Assembly (NCBI GenBank): GCA_025839675.1
Contig: CP104013.1
Location: 3,840,001 to 3,872,000 of the forward strand
Source of the DNA: Candidatus Lokiarchaeum ossiferum
Lineage (GTDB): Archaea; Asgardarchaeota; Lokiarchaeia; Sigyniarchaeales; Promethearchaeaceae
Reading direction: 5' to 3'
Length of the DNA stretch: 32,000 bases
The translations under genes and the position numbers were made by a program. Positions 1 to 9,400 of this stretch are shown here, in pieces (the stretch's first letter is position 1; each line of letters starts with the position of its first letter). The notes under the pieces are model-generated. The model had not been told where the DNA came from, ran no database searches, and saw only the letters and a program-made list of their open reading frames with translations.

Positions 1-31
1 AAAAAATCTGAAAAAAAATAAAAACATCGGC

Positions 32-323
32 ATGATTGTAGTTTCAGCCCTATTAATTGTAACTATTCAAATTCCGTTTGGTAATTCAAATCCAATAGCA
101 AATACTCGCTATAATGTTCATGGTCCTTCGATTGAATTAAATAACTCTATCTATCTGGATACTGCAAATGTGGTGATAAACTGCTCCAATGGTAAACATC
201 AATATGTTGCAACTGATATCAACTGATATCAAAGAAAATATTCTCAGTGCTCAAAGCGTGTTAGGTTTGTCTGGTCTTGGGATTGGGATCATAATTTTCT
301 TAAAAAAACGATTCAAAAATTAA
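32..323 (+). pseudogene. Small signal-peptide / C-terminal-TM-anchored protein gene split by a 10-bp tandem duplication
   Basis: ORF 32..226 (MIVVSALLIVTIQIPFG...) stops at TGA 224-226, inside the second copy of AACTGATATC x2 (211-230). Removing one copy fuses it in frame to 231..323, which encodes KENILSAQSVLGLSGLGIGIIIFLKKRFKN*. That is a hydrophobic anchor with a basic tail, like the C-terminus of the 3410..10141 product. The frame is also open back to nt 2, so the true start is uncertain. Confidence 0.45.
211..230. repeat. Perfect 10-bp tandem duplication AACTGATATC x2
   Basis: Read directly: 211-220 and 221-230 are identical. The length is not a multiple of 3, so it shifts the reading frame. 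Confidence 0.95.
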
Positions 324-346
324 TGCAAGATCCAAAATTTTTTTAA

Positions 347-364
347 TCTATAATGTTCTATAGA
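347..364 (+). promoter_or_regulatory. Inverted repeat TCTATA-N6-TATAGA upstream of the antitoxin start; candidate autoregulatory operator overlapping the promoter
   Basis: TCTATA (347-352) and TATAGA (359-364) are reverse complements and end 6 nt before ATG 370. A T-rich TATA-like stretch lies at 338-347. The function is inferred from typical type II TA autoregulation. Confidence 0.3.
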
Positions 365-369
365 CTATT

Positions 370-594
370 ATGGGTGAAAATACTTCAATTCAAATCAAGA
401 AGGATACCAAGATCAAGCTTGATTCCCTTAAATTATCGAAACGCGACTCATATAATGATGTTATTGAAAATTTACTTGAAGATTCTAGCGAATTGAATGA
501 AGAAACACTGAAGGATATCGAGGATGCTTTGAAAGAATATAAAGATGGTCAGACATCCTCTCTCGAAGATGTAAAGCATCAATTGGGATTTTAA
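370..594 (+). CDS. Type II antitoxin (RelB/RHH-like), partner of the RelE toxin
   Basis: 74-aa acidic product. Its stop TAA (592-594) abuts the toxin ATG at 595. The N-terminal 'SIQIKKDTKIKLDSLKLSKRDSYNDVIENLL' pattern is typical of small archaeal antitoxins. The assignment rests mainly on position. Confidence 0.7.
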   Translation: MGENTSIQIKKDTKIKLDSLKLSKRDSYNDVIENLLEDSSELNEETLKDIEDALKEYKDGQTSSLEDVKHQLGF

Positions 595-849
595 ATGTTT
601 GAGATCCAATTTTCTAAAAAAGCTATAAAGGCTCTTAAAGATCTTCCCCGCCCAATATCAAAACGAATATTTGAGAAAATTTCTGAATTGAAAGAAAGCC
701 CATACCAAAATTCCATTAAAAAATTGGCAACTCAACCCTATTTTCGACTGCGAGTTGGTGATTATCGTGTAATATTTGCAATTTTAAAGAAAGAACTAAT
801 AATTTTAGTAATTAAAATTGCTCATCGAAAAAAAATTTATAAACGTTAA
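595..849 (+). CDS. relE: RelE/ParE-family type II toxin (mRNA interferase)
   Basis: 84 aa. It shows the family pattern F.I.FSKKA.K.LK.L......RI..KI..L...P.....KKL......RLRVGDYRVIF.I......I.VIKI.HRK.IY. Confidence 0.9.
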   Translation: MFEIQFSKKAIKALKDLPRPISKRIFEKISELKESPYQNSIKKLATQPYFRLRVGDYRVIFAILKKELIILVIKIAHRKKIYKR

Positions 850-887
850 AAGAATTTATCTGAGAATCATATGGAGTAACAAACACA

Positions 888-1838
888 ATGCCCTTTCTCT
901 CCCGAACCCAACTCATAAAGCTCTTTCAATCATCTAAATTTATCCCCGAATCAATAAAGGGACAAAATTACATCGCTGATTATGCCCTGTGTCGGAAGAT
1001 TGGAAATTGTGCAAAGGGTTCCGAGCAATATAAATGCATTTTAGAAATTGGCCCTGGATTTGGGGCTTTCACAGATTTTTTATTCCCCTTGTCGGAAAAG
1101 GTATGCGTGGTAGAAAAAGATCCAAAATCCTCACAATATTTGATGGATTATTATAAATCTCGTATTCCCACCCAAGTGATCAATTCACGGGAAATTCAAT
1201 ATTTGGGTTATGTGCCCTTGAAAACGCAATTAACCATAGTTGAAGATGATTTTTTTTCACTTCCTACTCCTGACGCGGAATTAATAATTTCTAACATTCC
1301 CTTTACCCATGTATTTGAGTTCATATTAAAACTAACAGAATCCTGGAATTCCCGGCGCGCGCTTCTTATTCTACAAAAAGAAGTCATGGATCATATTCTG
1401 GCTCGACCTAACCAATCGGGGTACACAATTCTTTCTGTCATTTGCGGTTTCTTTTTCGATTCTCAAATCTTGCTTGAAATTCCATCAAAATCCTTCTATC
1501 CTAAACCAAAAGTATCTTCGCTGCTAATTGAACTTCTTCCGAACAAAAATTTGAATCTTGAACTGATTTCAAAAGAAGAAAGGAAAAATTTCCTTGTTTT
1601 TCTAAAAACTGTTATGCAATTCAAGGAAAAACATCTGCAAAATACTTTTCTTTTAATCCAAGCACAGAATCCCTTGTTTTTTGAAAATTTTCCACATTTT
1701 AAGGATGCCTTAAGAGAACTAAATCTAAATCGGTCCGTTTTACGGGAAATGACCCCTGCAGCGATATTTCATCTAATGCAAAAATCGAGAAAAAAAATGA
1801 ATGATTTACGAGCGAATTGTGAGCCGATAGGCTCGTAA
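888..1838 (+). CDS. ksgA: 16S/18S rRNA (adenine-N6,N6)-dimethyltransferase, KsgA/Dim1/Erm family
   Basis: Motifs seen: GQNY(I) (family GQHFL), SAM motif I EIGPGFGAFT, VEKD, DDFF, motif IV SNIPF, QKEV..HILA.P....Y..LSV, and F.PKPKV.S.L. GGAG at 873-876 lies 11 nt before the ATG. Confidence 0.85.
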   Translation: MPFLSRTQLIKLFQSSKFIPESIKGQNYIADYALCRKIGNCAKGSEQYKCILEIGPGFGAFTDFLFPLSEKVCVVEKDPKSSQYLMDYYKSRIPTQVINSREIQYLGYVPLKTQLTIVEDDFFSLPTPDAELIISNIPFTHVFEFILKLTESWNSRRALLILQKEVMDHILARPNQSGYTILSVICGFFFDSQILLEIPSKSFYPKPKVSSLLIELLPNKNLNLELISKEERKNFLVFLKTVMQFKEKHLQNTFLLIQAQNPLFFENFPHFKDALRELNLNRSVLREMTPAAIFHLMQKSRKKMNDLRANCEPIGS

Positions 1839-2053
1839 TAGTGAATAATTTCACTCGATTTCCTTTCCATAATGTTAAGGATAAGAAGGGTGGATGGTTT
1901 AATGAGAAAAAAGGTTAAAACGTTATTTGTGGGTCAAATATTCGTAATAGATGGTTTTAGGATGCCTTTTTTTATGAAGCTCATTACGCATCATTATCTA
2001 TAAAAAATACTTAAACCCGAAAAAAAATAAAAGAACGAGTCAGATATTCATGT

Positions 2054-2515
2054 ATGACCGATTATACGGAATGGTCAAAAGATATTGGCAGGACGATGCA
2101 AAAAGCTTCCGATGAATTTGCCAAACTTTCCGTGCGTTATGATATTACATGTGGAGTTTGTGGTACGGTACATTCCGGCGTTTCTTATATCTATTCGACC
2201 TGTTATTATTGTGGAAAAAAATATGCCAAATGTTGCAAAGGGCATTATGGCACGTGTAGTAAGTGTTGGCCCGATCTCTCCAAAAATGAACAAAATGCCC
2301 AAAAAAAGAGATATCAGCAAGTTGTGGGAAAAGCAGTGGGGTTTGGATTGCTCTTTCCCGTACTTGCGATTGGTTTTTTGATCGTGGGGCTCGTACTGAA
2401 TCGAGTAAATCGAATCCTTGGGATGAGTGTATTTTTAGTAGGATTGCTGGGATCGCTAGCATCCTTTATTCTTCTGGTCGTGAAAATGGATAAACAAGGC
2501 AAATTCCAACATTAA
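2054..2515 (+). CDS. Cys-rich (Zn-ribbon-like) protein with two C-terminal TM helices
   Basis: CGVCG...CYYCGKKYAKCCKGHYGTCSKCW cluster followed by two hydrophobic helices (VGFGLLFPVLAIGFLIVGLVL; MSVFLVGLLGSLASFILLVV). Four overlapping ORFs in other frames have no such features. Confidence 0.5.
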   Translation: MTDYTEWSKDIGRTMQKASDEFAKLSVRYDITCGVCGTVHSGVSYIYSTCYYCGKKYAKCCKGHYGTCSKCWPDLSKNEQNAQKKRYQQVVGKAVGFGLLFPVLAIGFLIVGLVLNRVNRILGMSVFLVGLLGSLASFILLVVKMDKQGKFQH

Positions 2516-2651
2516 CACCCACAACCATAATCGTTAATTTCTAGTTTTTTTACTTACTTATCTTTAATATGTGATGATTTGTTTGATTATTTTTGGATAA
2601 TATATCAATCATTCCCATTACCTTGTTTTTGGCTTTGAATATAAGTGAGAT

Positions 2652-3002
2652 TCAGTGTTTCTCTTCATAATGAGGAAATTCCACATTGGCAACCTCAATG
2701 ATCTCTTGGAATTGGTGCCGAGTAAGCGGTTGGGTTGAATCAACTTTTCCCGCACTTTTCTTCCCCCACGCATCCGTAAACGAGAGCATAATTCGGTGCA
2801 AAGAATCGAAGGCTATTTTATGATAATCGGTTAAAAACATGAGCCCCATAAACTCTTCGTAAATTTCTAAGACAATCATCTTTGATCCTAGCTGAAATAA
2901 ACGAAATAAACGAAACCTAATGCACAGATTTGACAGAAAACTATGATGAAGATTATCCACTGAAGCATCATTCTCAATTCCCTCTTTTTCAGTCATTGGC
3001 AA
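2652..3002 (-). CDS. Hypothetical protein (116 aa)
   Basis: ORF only; I recognised no family. It contains an in-frame 9-bp tandem duplication (RLF-RLF). Confidence 0.35.
   Translation of the reverse strand: MPMTEKEGIENDASVDNLHHSFLSNLCIRFRLFRLFQLGSKMIVLEIYEEFMGLMFLTDYHKIAFDSLHRIMLSFTDAWGKKSAGKVDSTQPLTRHQFQEIIEVANVEFPHYEEKH
2894..2916. repeat. 9-bp tandem repeat GAAATAAAC x2.5
   Basis: 2894-2902 equals 2903-2911, followed by GAAAC. In frame within ORF 2652..3002, where it encodes RFRLFRLF. Confidence 0.9.
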
Positions 3003-3322
3003 TCAAACCATATCAATAGGATATATCTATATAAGTTTAAGTCTAATGTTGTACGAAGAGCAATTCCCGTGCTTTATTAAATCTTCTCCTAATTTTCTCC
3101 CGTATTCCTTTTAATTGAGTTGAGACTTGATATTTAGTTAAAATGGGTTCCTATATACAGCATAAAAGTCGCTTTAAGGTAAAGGCCAAAATTTGTCTTC
3201 CAATTTACCCTAAAATTCATAAATGAACCCAAAAGAACTCATCGAACCTTAAGTTTTTCAAATTTCCATTCAAGATCATCAAGAGGGGAAGAGAGTGATT
3301 TCTAAATTGGAGTAATCAATAG

Positions 3323-3331
3323 TTTTATATA
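3323..3331 (+). promoter_or_regulatory. TATA-box-like element upstream of the giant surface-protein gene
   Basis: TTTTATATA lies about 80 nt upstream of the TTG start at 3410. This implies a 5' leader of about 55 nt containing an 8-bp inverted repeat (TGTCATAC 3352-3359 / GTATGACA 3389-3396). Confidence 0.35.
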
Positions 3332-3409
3332 CATGGTAGGTGAAGTACCTTTGTCATACATTTTTGTCAATTCATAACAATTTTGGTCGTATGACAGAAG
3401 GTTATTATA

Positions 3410-6400
3410 TTGAAATCATTAATTCAAAGACAACAAACTAAGAAGCTCATGATTATTTTTGTGTTTTATTCCCTCATCTTTACTCAACTATATCCTTTTA
3501 TTGATTGGAACGCTTTTTATGGAAATTTTTCTGTATCAGAGACTAAGCTCCCCATTCACATTCCACAGTCCGGCCTTGATGATCCGATTCAAGTCTTCCA
3601 TGATGATTGGGAAGGTTTTAGCGGATCGGGCGGATCAGATTCTCCCTATCTTATTGAAAACCTTGTTATTGATGCAGGGGGAAGTTCACATGGGATTGAT
3701 ATTTATGATTGCTCGTTATACTTTGAAATTCGAAACTGCACAATATATAACGCAAAAAATGGTATTTGGTTGAATACACTTTCACCAGGTATAGCCAAAG
3801 TGTATAACAACACAATTTATACATGTCGAGGGATTTCTGGTCAAATCAGTGGCAATGGAATAGGGTTATACTCAACGAATGGAATTGAAATATACAATAA
3901 TACCATTTATGATATCGAAGGATATTCTGAAGCTTTTAGCGGAAATGGTATGTTACTTTATATTTCTCATTATAATGAGGTTCACCACAACACGATTTAT
4001 GATATTTGGAGCGGGGCTGTTGCTTCAACAGCTCATAGTGGAAATGGAATTATGCTTACATCAGCCCAATATAATAATATCAGTTATAATCAAATTTCCT
4101 CATGTTCGAGTGCTACAACCTCAGATACTTATGCAGGGAATGGCATAGACAACTACCACGGAGATTTTAATCTCATTTCACACAATACAATTGATGATAT
4201 AAGAGGTGGCCTCGGAAGATATTCCGGGAATGGAATCACGTGCAATAATTATTACGGTATTACCGAGGAGAACATCATTGAAGAAAACACCATTTCGAAT
4301 TGTTATGGAGGGACGAATTATTATACTTCAAATGGGATCTTAGTGCATGGAGAAAGCGAATACTTGGTTGATTCTACCCAAGTATTGAATAATTATATCA
4401 TTAATTGCACCGGAGGAGATGATATCGCGGACGGAAATGATGCTCATTGCGGATGTGGGATTAATTTAGATCGGACTATTCACTCAATGGTCTCGGGAAA
4501 TGAAATTTATAATTGTAAGGGAAATTCCGGTGCGAGATATGCCGGAAATGGAATCATGAATTTCAACTCGGAGTATACAACAGTTACACAAAACATCATT
4601 GAGAATTGCTCAGGGTATGGAAATTGGGCTGGTAATGGGATTGCCAGTGCGTATGAAAATTACAATACCATATCTTTCAACAATATCAGCAATAGTTTTT
4701 GTAAAGGAACCGGAGCGATACTTTCAGGAAATGGTATAATAAACTATCAAACGGATAACACGCATATCGATTATAATCGAGTTTCTAATGCCAATGCAGG
4801 AACCGGGACATATTCCGGCAATGGTATATATCTCTGTTATGAATTCGATTATAGTTTTGTGATTGGAAATATTGTGCGCGATTGTGTTAAGTTACCACAA
4901 GCTGGAGCAGGATGGAGCATTTTAGGAACCAAAGATTTCGATATCAATGATGTGTTTTATAATGATGCAGGGGATGGATGGATCGGGGTGTGTTATCGAG
5001 ATAATGTTGATAATCGTAATGATAACAATAATTATGTTGGGAATACCGCGGATGTGATTTATGTTGATTATGGTGACAGATGGCTAATAGAAGATAATAC
5101 GGTGAATACGATATGTACGTATGGTTCGAAAGATAATTGTATTGTCGGGAATTTTAAAAACGATGGAAATGCCCCTCAATTTAACTGGTATTCAAACAAT
5201 AAAGCAGAGAATTATTTTCTGAAAATCACCTCCCCCGAAGAATGCAAAAATTATAAGGGATGTGGCGGTATTCGGGCCGAATACAAATGGCAATACTTTG
5301 GTTATGAATTAGATCAGTTAAATATGTATCTTGATGGAGCGCTTGATATTATCCATCGACCAGATAAGGAATTCTATATCCCGTGGAAAGCAAATGGATC
5401 ACATTCTCTCTTATTTCAGGCTTCAGATACCAGCACTACATCTTTTGAATATGAATCCAAACCGATAACCTATACATTAGAAAATATGGCCAGCACTGAA
5501 GTTGTGAATATTGTACGAAATACCCAAGAAGGAGGTATTGATGATCCCTTAGCTTTAAGTTACTGGGATACCAGTTTAGACGGAGATGGTACTCAATTTA
5601 GCCCTTATGAGATAAAAAATCTCAATATTGAAATTCCAGCAAACTCTCCCATAGGAACAGCAGGAATCTCAATCTCCAATACAGATGCGTTCTTTGTTTT
5701 GAAAGATTGCGTAATCGTAGGAGGAGTGGGACATTATGGAATTACCATTTCGAACGTGCAAAATGCCCGTATCGTAAACTGTACGATTATCGGCATTCCC
5801 ACTACTTATGTTCCAAATGACATTAGTGCAACTAGCTATCCTATTGAACGAGGGATTTTCCTGGATGAAGATTGTGTAAATAATTCGATTGAACAATCTG
5901 ATATTTACCGGACCCTTTCATCAGGGATTAAAGTGGATGGAAATACAAATTGGATTCAAAATAATGTTATCGCAAATGCTCAGAATAATGGAATAACCAT
6001 TTCAGGGAATGGAAACACACTGTTGAATAATGAAATTGTTCCATTTGGAGGACCAGACTATTCCGATTATCATTTTCTAAAAGGAGAAACCGATCACACT
6101 TTAAACGGAATTCTAATAGAAGGGGGTGGATCAGAAAACACGATTGAAGATTGTATTATTGCAGGGTATCCGGTTTCGGGAATCAATATTTCAACCAGTA
6201 TCTGTGAGGAAAATGTAATCGTAGGAAATAGGATTGAAAATTGTGCGGTTTTGATACATGATCAGGGAGCAAATACGCATTTTGCTAAGATTACGACACC
6301 ACTTGATGGAGCATATTTCACGGGCAACAATCCCTTAAATGAAGGATATTACTCAGGAACAGAAGGATTCCAAGATGTCGCAGATGGGGATTTACCAGTA

Positions 6401-9400
6401 GACTGGTCCATAGTGACGAATACTCCGGATGCAGTGGCCTTAGTGATGGATGAAAAAACAGATTTATATGGATATACTCATAAAAAAGTCTTGCACTGTG
6501 ACACTGGTCAAGGCGAGGAAGCCAATATTTCTCTCGTGCATGATTTTAGTGCGAATCAATCCCAAGGTACCATCGAATTTTGGGTGATGAAACAAAGTAC
6601 CGCCACCGCAACCATGAATTTTACCTTCATGGGAACTTCGGGAAATCTCTTTTCACTCTTTCTCGAGAATGGGGAATTTTGGTTTTCGGATAACACCACT
6701 ATCAACAATACTCACCAAGAATTTCACGATCTCTTCTGGTATCGGATCTGTGTTGACTTTATGGATAGCGGAACCTATCTCGGACTTGGAGATCACAGTT
6801 ATCAATTCCAAATTTTTAATAGAGAAGGAGATGTGCTTCTTTATGCCTCGGATCCTGCATCATTTACCACAACGGGTAATTTTACAGGATTTGACACCCA
6901 TATCGCAACGCACAACAGCTCTGCATCCAGTATCTATTTCGATGCTTTTGGCTATTCTTGGAGTCCGGATTATCGCTTAGGGAATAATGCCTATGAAGGA
7001 ATGTTGATCTCCCGGTCACTGCAAGAAGGGTTTAAATCTTGGGATTGGCAAGGTTATTCCCTAAATGATGCTGAAATAATAGATTTGCCATTCTTTAGTG
7101 ATGTCGTAATTCCTTTACCAAACTCACTTGGTATACAAACTCTTCAGTTATATGCAAATGACACGAGTGATTTTCAAACAATTTCACCCGTAGTTCATTT
7201 TTCATATTATTTTGATCGAAAACTCAATATAATAAAACACACCGAAAACGATGAAGTGGTAGCGGAATATACCATGTTTACCGGGAGCGGAATTATTAAG
7301 ATGGATCCAGCTACGGCTTTAAATCTTACATTAGAGTATAATACTATGAAAAATGATGATTTATGTAATACCAATGCGTCTCTATATTATCGAGTGAGTC
7401 ATGATTTCTGGAAAAAAGCATATAGCACGGGGAGTCTTTTTGGCGAAAACACCCTCAATTACCTCATTGGCCCAGATAATTACGACTTAGGTGATTCGGT
7501 AGACTATTACTTCGGATTCCAACAATACGATTTAAGTGGGCGATTCGTTCAACAATATTATTGGACTCAAACGGGAGTTAAATATTTCAACGAAACGGCA
7601 CAAATGGATGCCTTTCATAAAAAAGTAAGTCCGGTCCCCTATCAACTGACGTTGAATTATAGTGCCTATTTTCAAGCTGAAAAGACACAAAATTTTACCA
7701 CAGTTGAAGGTCACGAAGTATCCATGACAGGATTTGCACCTATTGCCATCAATGACTTTTCCGTCAAATTTTACAACACCACTGACGATATGACCGCATT
7801 TCAAGCCCTGTTTGATGAGCACGTATCCGCACTTACACATAAATTTAAAGAAAATTCCAGTATTATTACGGAAAGTAACTCCTTCCCACCAATCACGGAA
7901 GAGAATGAATGGATAAGTCCCTTTATTCTTCCAATCGGGGGAACATATGTCGAACAAGAGAGCACTATCCTTATCCCGAACATGCTTTATGAAACAAATG
8001 AAGCAAGTGAGGATAATAAATTGATGTTTACCAGAGAAGCCCTCAATCTTACCTATAAAGGAATCAAGATGGATTGGTTTAATGGAAAACGTGCCTTACG
8101 CGAATTTGAAACCTTTACCGGAGAGAGTTTTACGTGTATTCGGTTCGATTATTATACGGGAATCATGGTCTATTTCAATTATAATGATTTCACAGAGGGT
8201 GCAGGAAAACGAATCTTCTTTGGGTTAAAGGATAACAACCAAAGTTACCCAATCAACCTTAAGATTGAAATGCGCGAAGAACTCAACGATACGGATCAAG
8301 ATTTTGTGAACATGACTCTAGATGGGATCCTCTATGATCCGCCTGGAGATCGAAGCTACACCGAAATGTCTGCCGGAACTTCCATTACCACCGGTTGGTC
8401 CTTAGAAACCCAATCGGGAACAGATTTTCAAAAAGAACATCAACATCTCTTCGTAGGGTTTGGCTTTGAATCGGATGAATATAAGATTGATACCGAGGGT
8501 GATATTTATGAATTTGAACTCACTCATACGTATACCCATACGCTCAGTTCTTCCAAAGATTATACGAACTCAGAGTTGATAGGTCCAGGAAGAGGTGATT
8601 TGTATTTTGGAACTGGAACCTATATTTTCTATTATTTCTATGTAAATAATTATTACTTTGTGGTCAATCAATCTGATCCGGTGAATTTCCCCTATGATGA
8701 TATTTTGGTTCTGACGGTTGGTTCCCGAATTGAATATACAATTACACCAAATACCTCGTTTAGTGTCTTAGGATCTCATTTAGAAGATCTCGGAATGTCC
8801 GAGCTCGCATACGAAAATATTTTTGAAGATAATGAAATTTCAGGAGCTGAACGGAACTATGTGCAAGAATTGGAGTATTCCCCTCTACTATGGACTGCAG
8901 GAGGCGTGAATGAATTCGGATATTCTAGTGCCAGGACCGAAACGTCTTCCTTCCATTCCTATATGGAATACAGCAATGACACCTTTTTCACGTGGAGTCA
9001 ATGTTTGACCATGGGTGTCGGAGGTTCTTTTGGAGTGGGTGTCGAGGTGGACTGGTCCACGGGATGGAATATGTTTGAAACCTCCGGGAAAATTGCTACG
9101 CTTAATACTTGGTCCCGAGAATTTCTCAGCTATGAGTCAGTCGTCGGAGAAGAGCAAATCCTAGTACATTTGGAAGATGATGATGGTGTGCCTCTGGGAC
9201 ACCATGATCAATTCAAAATGCGGATTTTTAACGATACTCGCTATAGTTCAATAGGTTTCTTAATTGACAGTGATGCGAGTTATTCATCAAGTCCGCATGA
9301 ACCGTTTACTGGGGATCGGCGACCGCCCACTTTGTGTGATTTCTGCGGTTTGCCACCATATCTCAGAGATTCTGTCTCGTTGAATGTCCGCGCCTTTGAT

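Noticed and set aside
2075-2502. Four overlapping ORFs (2075..2320 minus, 2085..2381 plus, 2145..2462 minus, 2314..2502 minus) stacked on 2054..2515
   Set aside because: They are shadow frames of one region. Only the 2054..2515 frame gives a coherent product (Cys cluster plus two clean TM helices). The others are low-complexity and lack features.
2652-3002. Possible N-terminal fragment of a tyrosine recombinase (segment KVDSTQPLTRHQFQEIIEVA resembles the linker before integrase catalytic domains)
   Set aside because: The similarity is a few residues only. No catalytic-domain remnants occur downstream in any frame, and no flanking att-like repeats were found.
3459-7983. Internal and antisense ORFs within the giant gene (3459..3773, 3879..4148, 5669..5896 minus, 6669..6980, 7532..7957 minus, 7801..7983 minus)
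   Set aside because: They are fully embedded in a 6.7-kb ORF with clear domain content, and their translations are featureless. Similar embedded ORFs occur inside the vWA, MFS, FHA, PadR, AbrB and beta-helix genes. I rejected those for the same reason: 11271..11522, 11596..11802, 12142..12351, 12632..12832, 12697..12915, 12925..13293, 18625..18822, 24485..24688, 27774..28025, 29212..29445 and 30394..30618.
8591-8599. RGD tripeptide (GPGRGDLYFG) in the giant protein
   Set aside because: A tripeptide match is expected by chance in 2243 aa. There is no supporting context for integrin-type recognition.
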